A program made the translations under genes and the position numbers. Positions 35,699 to 47,800 of a DNA stretch of 64,000 bases are shown piece after piece; positions within the stretch are counted from its first letter, which is position 1; every line of letters starts with the position of its first letter. The notes beneath the pieces are model-generated. The model was not told where the DNA came from. It saw nothing but the letters and a program-made list of their open reading frames with translations, and did not search any database. This DNA comes from Octopus sinensis (Eukaryota). The stretch is taken from positions 10,477,360 through 10,541,359 of the forward strand of contig NC_043019.1 of assembly GCF_006345805.1 (NCBI RefSeq), given 5' to 3'.

Positions 35699-38600
35699 CT
35701 GCAGGAGAAGAGAGAAAAAGATAAGGGTTAAGAGAGGAAGGAGGGTAACCCTTTTAGCAGGTAAACCAGCTGTTTCCTGGACCAAATATTCTACCAGTTT
35801 TTATGTTGAAACAACATAAATCACAGAAAATCAACAGTAAAAATGGTAGGTACCAAACTTACCAAGAGCAGGAGGTCGAGGTAGGAGGACTTTCTTGATA
35901 TTAATCAGCATTTCCTCATGTTTTTGTTCAACACTAGCCATCAATGTATCTTGGATTTTGTCACAGAAAACTGATGCCACATTCTTCACCAGAGTTTCAA
36001 CATCCTTTAAAGACAAGTTTTTATGTTATTGTCACAGAGAAATATATAAAAATACTGAAGAATCATCATCATCATCGTTTAACGTCCGTTCTCCATGCTA
36101 GCATGGGTTGGACGGTTCGACCGGGGATCTGGGAAGCCAGAAGGCTGCACCAGGCTCCAGTCTTATCTGGCAATGTTTCTACAGCTGGATGCCCTTCCTA
36201 ACGCCAACCGCTCCGTGAGTGTAGTGGGTGCTTTTTACGTGCCAGGCGAGGCTGGCAACGGCCACGGTCGGATTGGTGCAATTTACGTGCCACCGGCACG
36301 GAAGCCAGTCGAGGCGGCGCTGGCATCGGCCACGAGTCGGATAGAGCTTTTTACGTACCACCAGTCCAGGGGTCCTGGCATCTACAAGGTTTTTACTTTG
36401 CACACTCTTCTTGCCACCAACTACATTACAGTGCCATTTCATTATGTTACTGACACACACACAAATGTAGTCAGGCAAATGGGTTAAATAATTTTGACAT
36501 ACCAAAATCAGCTCGATGCTAAATATTTTGGTCTACCAAATCCACTCAAGGCTATAGTGGTTGACACTTCCGCAAGGTGCCACACAATGGGACTGAACCT
36601 GGAGCCAAGCTAGCTTCTTACCACACAGCCACACACATATATTCTGTAAGAAGAATAGTGTGGAAGCACTCCGTCGGTTACGACGACGAGGGTTCCGGTT
36701 GATCTGAATCAACGGAACAGCCTGCTCGTGAAATTAACGTGTAAGTGGCTGAGCACTCCACAGACACGTGTACCCTTAACGTAGTTCTCGGGGATATTCA
36801 GAGTGACAAGGCTGGCCCTTTGAAATGCAGGTACAACAGAAACAGGAAGTAAGAGTGAGAGAAAGTTTTGGTGAAAGAGTACAGCAGGGATCACCACCAT
36901 CCCCTGCCGGAGCCTCGTGGAGCTTTAGGTGTTTTCGCTCAATAAACACTCACAACGCCCGGTCTGGGAATCGAAACCGCGAGTCCGCTGCCCTAACCAC
37001 TGGGCCATTGCGCCTCCACACATACACACATATATTCTGTAAGAAGAATAGTATTGACAATGGCTTAGAAGTTTCAGCCTTCCTTATTAAATTGGTGACC
37101 TGACTGCTGACCACTCATTCAACTCCATCAACAACAATGTTCTCGCTTAATCATTTCTCCATACTAAAGATAAAGAACCATTTTCTTCTCTCATCCTGCC
37201 ATTAAGACTAAATCACCAGCACTTTAATTTAGTACAGAAATTTTCTCCAAATCCCACCCTGATGTCTTTATAAAGGACATAAATAGGATTATTTTTGATT
37301 AAACGGTTATCAATTTGTGTTGCAAGATTCCAGTTGTGAAATTGTGTGTTGAAACCGATATTGCTGTACTTGTGGAGGTGCAATGGCCCAGTGGTTAGGG
37401 CAGTGGACTTGCGGTTTCGATTCCCAGACCGGGCATTGTGTGTGTTTATTGAGCAAAAACACCTAAAGCTCCACGAGGCTCCAGCAGGGGGTGGTGGTGA
37501 ACCCTGCTGTGCTCTTTCACCACAACTTTCTCTCGCTCTTTCTTCCTGTTTGTCTTGTACCTGTATTTCAAAGAGCCAGCCTTGTCACACCCTGTGTCAC
37601 GCTGAATCTCCTCGAGAACTACGTTAAGGGTACACGTGTCTGTGGAGTGCTCAGCCACTTGCACGTTAATATCACGAGCAAGCTGTTCCGTTGATCGTAT
37701 CAGCTGGGACCCTCATCGTCGCAACCGACGGAGTGCTCCTATATTATTGCTGTACTTAGAGATGGTCCTTTTTTTTTCTTTTTCTTTTTTTGCCAACTAA
37801 ACATGGGCACGTGTCTAAAACGGGTAATCTATCTTTATGTCTATACTATGGTGGATGAAGTTAAATAATTTTTTTAAAAAAAGTAATAAACGAGTGAAGA
37901 AAAAATATATAGTGCGTGTGTTTATTTGAGAAAAGGAAAATGACCGTCCCGAAATACAACAATAACTTTGATTAAACGTTTGCTTTAAAATATGAGGGGC
38001 TGACGATGGTTGAAGGAATATCTATTCTCAAGGAAGCAGAAATTTCAAGGGAAATAACCGAATCGAGGGGAGGTAACTCTTGCATTTATTTTAATATAAG
38101 AATAAATAGAAAATGGGTTCGTTTTTGCACTGAGTTTGCGAGATGCTTCGTGTGAACTTGTATGTCGAAACACATTTTGCTATCCGAAGTCGCAAACCAC
38201 CAGCATATGTTGAGTTGTACAGGGTGGGCAGAAAAAGCGCTTCATAGATACACTCAAAGCTTCGCTGAAGTGCTTTCGTATCAACCCCGACACCTGGGAA
38301 GTGTAGGTACAGGACCACCATGTTTGGGGTGGTTGCACCAACAGAAGTGCCATCTACTACGTTGTTGGAAGCACTCCGTCGGTTACGACGACGAGGGTTC
38401 CGGTTGATCCGAATCAACGGAACAGCCTGCTCGTGAAATTAACGTGTAAGTGGCTGAGCACTCCACAGATACGTGTACCCTTAACGTAGTTCTCGGGGAT
38501 ATTCAGCATGACACAGAGAGTGACAAGGCTGGCCCCTTTGAAATACAGGTACAACAGAAACAGGAAGTAAGAGTGAGAGAAAGTTGTGGTGAAAGAGCAC

Positions 38601-40562
38601 AGCAGGGATCACCACCATCCCCTGCCGGAGCCGCGTGGAGCTTTTTAAGTGTTTTCACTCAATAAACACTCACAACGCCCGGTCTGGGAATCGAAACCGC
38701 GAGTCCGCTGCCCTAACCACTGGGCCATTGCGCCTCCTATCTACTACGAACAGAATAGGAGCACAAAGGAAGCATGAGCTGTGCAGGTCCAGAGCCAACC
38801 CATTGCCTTCATTCCCAGCAATCACTTGTGTCCGACCTGCGACAGAACCTTCCAAACAACGCATCGGCCACAGCCAGACGCACTGCGATCCATATTTTCC
38901 TCTCGTGTGATGTCCTGGTCATCGTCGACAACGACAAATGAACATTATATGAATTTTACGTGGAGGCGCAATGGCCCAGTGGTTAGGGCAGCGGACTCGC
39001 GGTCGTAGGATCGCGGTTTCGATTCCCAGACCGGGCGTTGTGAGTGTTTATTGAGCGAAAACACCTAAAAGCTCCACGAGGCTCCGGCAGGGGATGGTGG
39101 TGAACCCTGCTGTACTCTTTCACCACAACTTTCTCTCACTTTTACTTCCTGTTTCTGTTGTACCTGTATTTCAAAGGGCCGTCCTTGTCATTCTCTGTGT
39201 CACGCTGAATATCCCCGAGAACTACGTTAAGGGTACACGTGTCTGTGGAGTGCTCAGCCACTTACAGGTTAATTTCACGAGCAGGCTGTTCCGTTGATCG
39301 GATCAACCGGAACCCTCGTCGTCGTAACCGACGGAGTGCTTCCATTTGAATTTTACGATACTATAAGCAATGGACATAACAAACAATATAATTGTAGGGG
39401 TAAGGGACACAACTCATAGCGAACGTTTCTGGTTACTTGAAACCATTTCAGGGGGAATACATTGAGAAATTAATAAATATTCGTAAGAGCACGTTCTTAC
39501 CAAAGATTTTGCCAACTGTACGAAGAGTGATGGTGGAATAAGCGTTACGAGGCAGATGAGGGACAATATTTACTATCATTATCAGGCGTAGGAGTAGCTG
39601 TGTGTGTGGTAAGTAGCTTGCTAACGAACCACATGGTTCCGGGTTCAGTCACGCTGCGCGGCACCATGGGCAAGTGTCTTCTGCTATAGCCTCGGACCGA
39701 CCAAAGCTTTGTGAGTGGATTTGTTAGATGGAAACTGAAAGAAGCCCGTCGTATATATGTATATATATGTGTGTGTGTGTCTGTGTTTGTCCCCTCACCA
39801 CATCGCTTGACGACCGATGCTGGTGTGTTTACGTCCCCGTCACACTAGCGGTTCGGCAAAAGAAACCGATAGAATAAGTACTAGGCTTACAAAAGATTAC
39901 AAGAAGAGTTTACATCCAGCTCAATTCCTATACTGAGCTGTTCAAAGAGATGATGTGTTATAAACAACAAACAACTTTGTATAAGTTCTTCACCCCTCAA
40001 ACTGATATTACTCTTTTGGTTGTGGCCATGCTGGAGCACCGCCTTTAGTCGAGCAAATCGATCCCTGGGGTCGCTCACGATTAGGATCATTATCAGCAAA
40101 ACTCGCAGACTTTTCTCTATAAGTTCCAATCGTTGAGCAATAATTTTCGTTTTTACTTTAAGTGGTGTAGGTGGGACTTCCGGTGTCTCACCTGTATTTT
40201 TCTTCTTTATTCTTATTGTTAGGGACTGGAAATTGCATTACGGACGAGATCTAACAGAAATGATGACGGGGGTGGGGTGATTGTGGTGATAGTGACTATG
40301 GGGATGACGGAGGTGGTGGTGGTGATGGGCGTGTTGGTTCTGATTGTTATAATGCCTCCTCGAAATCTCGTCCGTAATGCAATTTCCAGTCCCTAACAAT
40401 AAGCGCAGGCGTGGCTGTGTGCTAAGTTTGCCTCTCAACCATATTCTTCCGGGATAAATACGATTGCATGACACCAATGGGCAAGTGTCTTCATCTATAA
40501 CTGCAGGCCGACCAAATCCTTGTAAAAGGATTTTGTAGACGGAAGCTGAAAGAAGCTCGTCG

Positions 40563-40598
<36 letters not shown>

Positions 40599-41838
40599 CA
40601 TATCTGTGTCACTGTATCAGTGTTTGCTCCGCTTGATAACTGGCGTTGGTGTGTTATCGTCCCCGTAACTTAACAGTTCAGCAAAAGAGACTGATAGAAT
40701 AAGTACCAGTACTTTAAAAAAATAAGTTACTGGGGTGATTCGTTCGACTAAAAATTCTTCAAAATAGTGCTCAAGTATGGCCGCAGATAAAAAAAAAAAA
40801 AACTGATACTACACTCCATCCACCACGTCACACTCCACTCCAAAACGTTTACACTCCACTCCATTACACCAAACTCCACATCACCATTCCACAATGCCTC
40901 ACCCCACTCCAAAATGTCTCACACCACTCCAAAACGTTTACACTCCACTCCACCATACCACACTCTACATCACCATTCCACAATGCCTCACTCCACTCCA
41001 CCATACCACACTCTACATCACCATTTCACAATGCCTCACTCCACTCCACCATACCACACTCTACATCACCATTCCACAATGCCTCACTCCACTCCACCAT
41101 ACCACACTCTACATCACCATTCCACAATGCCTTACTCCACTCCAAAATGTCTCACTCCACTCCATCATACCACACTCCACATCATCATTCCACACTGCCT
41201 CACCCCACTCCAAAATGTCTCACACCACTCCAAAACGTTTACACTCCACTCCACCATACCACACTCTACATCACCATTCCACAATGCCTCACTCCACTCC
41301 ACCATACCACACTCTACATCACCATTTCACAATGCCTCACTCCACTCCACCATACCACACTCTACATCACCATTCCACAATGCCTCACTCCACTCCACCA
41401 TACCACACTCTACATCACCATTCCACAATGCCTCACTCCACTCCATCATACCACACTCCACATCATCATTCCACACTCCATTCCACAATGCCTCACTCCA
41501 CTCCATTTCATTATGTTTACACTCCACTCAACTCCAGTTCACTCTGTCACTCTATAACCTGCCCGATGACATTTAGCGAGGGTTGACAGCCGAAACAGCA
41601 GACAATGATGTAATTAGCCAAAGCGGCGGCGGCGGTGGTGAAGGCTTTTATTGATAAAGACATCAAAGGAATCGGCAGGGGCGGCGGCGTGGGGGTGAGG
41701 GGGGGGGGACAAGCGAGAGACGATGGAGCGGCGGCCGAGATGGAATTTCATAATATTATCGAATCAAGGGTCGGCCGTCCCCTTTGATGAGATCCGCCGT
41801 CCAAGTCCTTCCCCATCCTACCTTCCCCCATCCGTCCG

Positions 41839-41880
<42 letters not shown>

Positions 41881-44800
41881 TCACCATCATTCTCATAAAT
41901 TTTTTTGGGATGATACGCTGAACGATTTGAGAATAGAAGAATGGTGTGATATTTATGTTAGATGATGGCGGATGTTGGATGGGCGGCCCGGGGAGCGGGG
42001 GGGGGGCGAGAAACACTAAACTTTGAATGTCATCTGTGCACAATGGACGAGTGAAACGAGAAGTTGATAGCTGTCGTTGTTCGTATGATGATGGTGGTGG
42101 TTTAGCCCTAGGTCGGTTATGATCGAACAGAGTTAAGATCAAAATTCATCCAGTTCTGGTCCATTCTCGTCAGGACCAGAAGGGGATCTTTTCGCTCTGA
42201 CCGGCAGTTTTTTAAAAATAATTTCCACGTAACTAAACACTTTTAAACTTCGTATAACTGGTAGAATGTGTTTATAAAACATCTTTTTCTCTTGACTTTC
42301 TTGAGAAAATTCTGTAGTTCCTAAGCTATTTGTTCTTTAATTTCTTGCATTTCGGCAATTTCAACCAATCAATGACAAGAAGTGTAAAAAGGACATGAAG
42401 AAGCACTATGAAACAAGGGACTACACAATCAATTCCATGTAGCCACAACTGAAGTTGCTGGAAGGAAAAGGTGGGACTGACGGAAGAAAGGAGCATTGAG
42501 AAAGGGGACAGAGAGCACCATACTTGCAGCGCAAGACCAAGCTTTGGCCACAAAGTAGAAGGTCAACCTCAGGAATGAACAAGTATTTCCACTGTACCTA
42601 TTTCTTTACTACCCACAAGGGGCTAAACACAGAGGGGATAAAAACAAGGACGGACACACGGATTAAGTCGATTATATCGACCCCAGTGTGTAACTGGTAC
42701 TTATTTAATCGACCCTGAAAGGATGAAAGGCAAAGTCGACCTCGGCGGAATTTGAACTTAGAGCGTAGAGACAGACGAAATACCTATTTCTTTACTACCC
42801 ACAAGGTGCTACACACAAAGGGGACAAACAGGGACAGACACACGGATTAAGTTGATTATATCGACCCCAGTGTGTAACTGGTACTTATTTAATCGACCCT
42901 GAAAGGATGAAAGGCAAAGTCGACCTCGGCGGAATTTGAACTTAGAGCGTAGAGACAGACGAAATAGCTATTTCTTTACTACCCACAAGGGGCTAAACAC
43001 AGAGGGGACAAACAAGGACAGACAAAGGGATTAAGTCGATTATATCGACCCCAATGCGTAACTGGTACTTAATTTATCGACCCTGAAAGGATGAAAGGCA
43101 AAGTCGACCTCAGCGGAATTTGAACTCAGAACATAACGGCAGACGAAATACTTATTTCTTTACTACCCACAAGGGGCTAAACACAGAGGGGACAGACAAA
43201 GGGATTAAGTCGATTATATCGACCCCAGTGCATAACTGGTACTTATTTAATCGACTCCGAAAGGATGAAAGGCAAAGTCGACCTCGGCGGAATTTGAACT
43301 CAGAACATAACGACAGACGAAATACCTATTTCTTTACTACCCACAAGGGGCTAAACACAGAGGGGACAGACAAAGGGATTAAGTCGATTATATCGACCCC
43401 AGTGCATAACTGGTACTTATTTAATCGACTCCGAAAGAATGAAAGGCAAAGTCGACCTCGGCGGAATTTGAACTTAGAGCGTAGAGACAGACGAAATACC
43501 TATTTCTTTACTACCCACAAGGGGCTACACACAAAGGGGACAAACAGGGACAGACACACGGATTAAGTTGATTATATCGACCCCAGTGCATAACTGGTAC
43601 TTATTTAATCGACTCCGAAAGGATGAAAGGCAAAGTCGATCTCGGCGGAATTTGAACTCAGAACGTAGTGGCAGACAAAATACCTATTTCTTTACTACCC
43701 ACAAGGGGCTACACACAGAGGGGACAAACAAGGACAGACAAAGGGATTAAGTCGATTATATCAACCCCAGTGCGTAACTGGTACTTAATTTATCAACCCT
43801 GAAAGGATGAAAGGCAAAGTCGACCTCGGCGGAATTTGAACTCAGAACATAACGGCAGACGAAATACCTATTTCTTTACTACCCACAAGGGGCTACACAC
43901 AGAGGGGACAAACAAGGACAGACAAAGGGATTAAGTCGATTATATCGACCCCAGTGCATAACTGGTACTTATTTAATCGACTCCGAAAGGATGAAAGGCA
44001 AAGTCGACCTCGGCGGAATTTGAACTCAGAACATAACAGCAGACGAAATACCTATTTCTTTACTACCCACAAGGGGCTAAACACAGAGGGGACAAACAAG
44101 GACAGACACACGGATTAAGTCGATTATATCGACCCAGTGCATAACTGGTACTTATTTAATCGACTCCGAAAGGATGAAAGGCAAAGTCGACCTCGGCGGA
44201 ATTTGAACTCAGAACATAACGACAGACAAAATACCTATTTCTTTACTACCCACAAGGGGCTAAACACAGAGAGGACAAACAAGGACAGACAAAGGGATTA
44301 AGTCGATTATATCAACCCCAGTGCGTAACTGGTACTTAATTTATCGACCCTGAAAGGATGAACGGCAAAGTCGACCTCGGCGGAATTTGAACTCAGAACG
44401 TAACGACAGACGAAATACCTATTTCTTTACTACCCACAAGGGGCTAAACACAGAGGGGACAAACAAGGACAGACACACGGATTAAGTCGATTATATCGAC
44501 CCCAGTGCATAACTGGTACTTATTTAATCGACTCCGAAAGGATGAAAGGCAAAGTCGACCTCGGCGGATTTGAACTCAGAACATAACGGCAGACGAAATA
44601 CTATTTCTTTACTACCCACAAGGGGCTAAACACAGAGAGGACAAACAAGGACAGACAAAGGGATTAAGTCGATTATATCAACCCCAGTGCGTAACTGGTA
44701 CTAATTTATCGACCCTGAAAGGATGAACGGCAAAGTCGACCTCGGCGGAATTTGAACTCAGAACGTAACGACAGACGAAATACCTATTTCTTTACTACCC

Positions 44801-47800
44801 ACAAGGGGCTAACCACAGAGGGGACAAACAAGGACAGACACACACGGATTAAGTCGATTATATCGACCCCAGTGCATAACTGGTACTATTTAATCGACTC
44901 CGAAAGGATGAAAGGCAAAGTCGACCTCGGCGGAATTTGAACTCAGAACGTAACGACAGACGAAATAACCTATTTCTTTACTACCACAAGGGGCTAAACA
45001 CAGAGAGGACAAACAAGGACAGACAAAGGGATTAAGTCGATTATATCAACCCCAGTGCGTAACTGGTACTTAATTTATCGACCCTGAAAGGATGAAAGGC
45101 AAAGTCGACCTCGGCGAAATTTGAACTCAGAACACAGTGGCAGACGAAATACCTATTTCTTTACTACCCACAAGGGGCTAAACACAGAGAGGACAAACAA
45201 GGACAGACAAAGGGATTAAGTCGATTATATCAACCCCAGTGCGTAACTGGTACTTAATTTATCGACCCTGAAAGGATGAAAGGCAAAGTCAACCTCGGCG
45301 GAATTTGAACTCAGAACACAGTGGCAGACGAAATACCTATTTCTTTACTACCCACAAGGGGCTAAACACAGTGAGGACAAAGGGATTAAGTTGATTATAT
45401 CGACCCCAGTGTGTAACTGGTACTTAATTTATCGACCCTGAAAGGATGAAAGGCAAAGTCAACCTCAGCGGAATTTGAACTCAGAACACAGTGGCAGATG
45501 AAATACCTATTTCTTTACTTCCCACAAGGGGCTAAACACAGTGAGGACAAACGGATTAAGTTGATTATATCGACCCCAGTGCGTAACTGGTACTTATTTA
45601 ATCGACCCCGAAAGGATGAAAGGCAAAGTCGACCTCGGTGGAATTTGAACCCAGAACGAAATGGCGGACGAAATACCACAAGGCATTTCACCCGACAGCT
45701 CGCCGCCATTCATCTCCACTGTACCGTATCTGTAATAGAGTAGACAAAAACCATTGCCCATATCGTGAAAGAATGTCCTAGACTTGCCCGAAATCATTAT
45801 AAGCTGTGGCGACACGATGAGGAAACTATGCAAAATTATAAATCGTAGAAAATATGCGGAAAACTGGCAAAACATTTGAATGCAACATCAACCGCTGAAC
45901 TAAACATTGTCATCGATAAAGCCTTCCTTTTGAAGCCACGTCTTATTAGCACTAGAAGACACGATGTGAGCGAAGGGTAAATATATTCTCGTTACAATCA
46001 CAAGATTTAAAGGATCTGTACGTCGAGTAGAGTCTGAGAATGATGCCAAGGACACAAACGGGGTCTTTTCCTTTTGAACGGCAGATGTCAACACAATTTC
46101 TAGTTAACTAAACACTTTTAAACTTCGTATACTGGTAGAATGTGTTTATAAAACATCATTTTCTCTTGGTTTTATAGAGAAAATTCTATAGTTTGTAAGA
46201 TATTTCGTCTGAAAATCAGAGCATTTCAGCAATTTTAACCAATCGATTACTTCCATTCAACTAAAATCATTTGCTACATCTAAAACTGAGACAACATCCT
46301 GTAACTAACCCTAAACCTCCCCCGCTAACCCTAACCCTAACCCTAAATTTTTTTTCTTAATTGTTAAATTAATTCAATTCTATTGCTTTAGTTTTTTTTA
46401 CACGCGTAACAATTAAATTAATTTAACAATTAAGAAAAAAAATTTAGGGTTAGGGTTAGGGTTAGGGGGGAGGTTTAGGGTTAGTTACAGGATGTTGTCT
46501 CAGTTTTAGACGCAGCAAATGATTTTAGCTCAAAAGAGAGCATAGGATTGGTTAAAGTTCAAAACATTAAACTACGTTAAACAAACAAATTACAATTTTC
46601 TCAAGAACGCCAAGAGAAAAAAATGTTTTATTTTGACACATTCTACCAGTATACGAAGTTTCAAAGTGTTTAGTTAACTAGAAATTGTCTGCCGTTCAAA
46701 AGGAAAAGATCCCATAAACGTATACTCAATCACTTACACTAAAATACAACATATTACTGAAAAATTCAACAGTACAGTACCATAGGTTTTGCAGTAACCT
46801 ATGATATCATACTCTCTTTTTCTTGTTTCAGTCAATTGACTGCGGCCATGCTGGAGCACCGCCTTTAGTCGAACAAATCGACCCCGGGACTTATTCTTTG
46901 TAAGCCCAGTACTTATTCTATTGGTCTCTTTTGCCGAACTGCTTAGTTACGGGGACGTAAACACACCAGCATCGGTTGTCAAGCAATGCTAGGGGGACAA
47001 ACACAGACACACAAACACATACACACACATACATATATATATATACATACATATATACGACGGGCTTCTTTTCAGTTTCCGTCTACCAAATCCACTCATA
47101 AGGCATTGGTCGGCCCGGGGCTATAGCAGAAGACACTTGTCCAAGGTGCCACGCAGTGGGACTGAACCCGGAACCCTAACTAGAAAGGGTATAGCCTGGT
47201 CAGCCTGTAATGACATGCATAAGATCTGGTCATCAAATCTAAGTAGAGACTTCAAACTTGAAATATTCAAAGCCACAGTCGAACCAATTCTACTATATGG
47301 CTCAGAAACCTGGACGTTATCAAAGAAGCTTGAGAGGCGGTTGGATGGAACCTATACTCGCCTCCTTATGAGAGCTCAAAATCTCTCGTGGAGGCGCCAT
47401 CCAACCAAAATGCAAATATATGGGAAATTACCACCTGTGTCATCTCTTGTGAAAGGTAGGAGAGTCCAGTTTGCTGGACATTGTTGTAGAGCTGAAAAAG
47501 AAGTAATTTCTACTCTTCTCCTCTGGAAGCCATCTACTCGCAACACCAGAGGGCGCACACTCTCCTACCCTGATGTAATCTCCAGGGATACAGGCATCCA
47601 GCAACAGGACCTCCGTAATGCTATGATGGACTGTGAAGTCTGGCGCAACATAGTAAATTCCATTGTCTCGACCACGGTCGAACAATGAAGATGATGAAGC
47701 TACTTGCCACACAGCCATAAAAGATCACACAAGCACAAATATATACATATAAAGACAGCCTGTATATTACCTCTTTCTCAAAATCCCCCTCTGTTTGATC

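Noticed and set aside
40894-41586. 230-aa His/Thr/Pro-rich ORFs
   Set aside because: Translation of a stop-poor 48-bp minisatellite in multiple frames.
42599-45706. CRISPR-like or retrozyme (hammerhead) array
   Set aside because: No unique spacers and eukaryotic context; the units are SINE bodies. The closest core, CTGAAAG, does not fit CUGANGA and no valid three-stem fold is visible.
45900-46094. Extra C8orf74-like exon
   Set aside because: Begins inside a MITE, has no homology, and exon 3 already joins exon 4 in phase.
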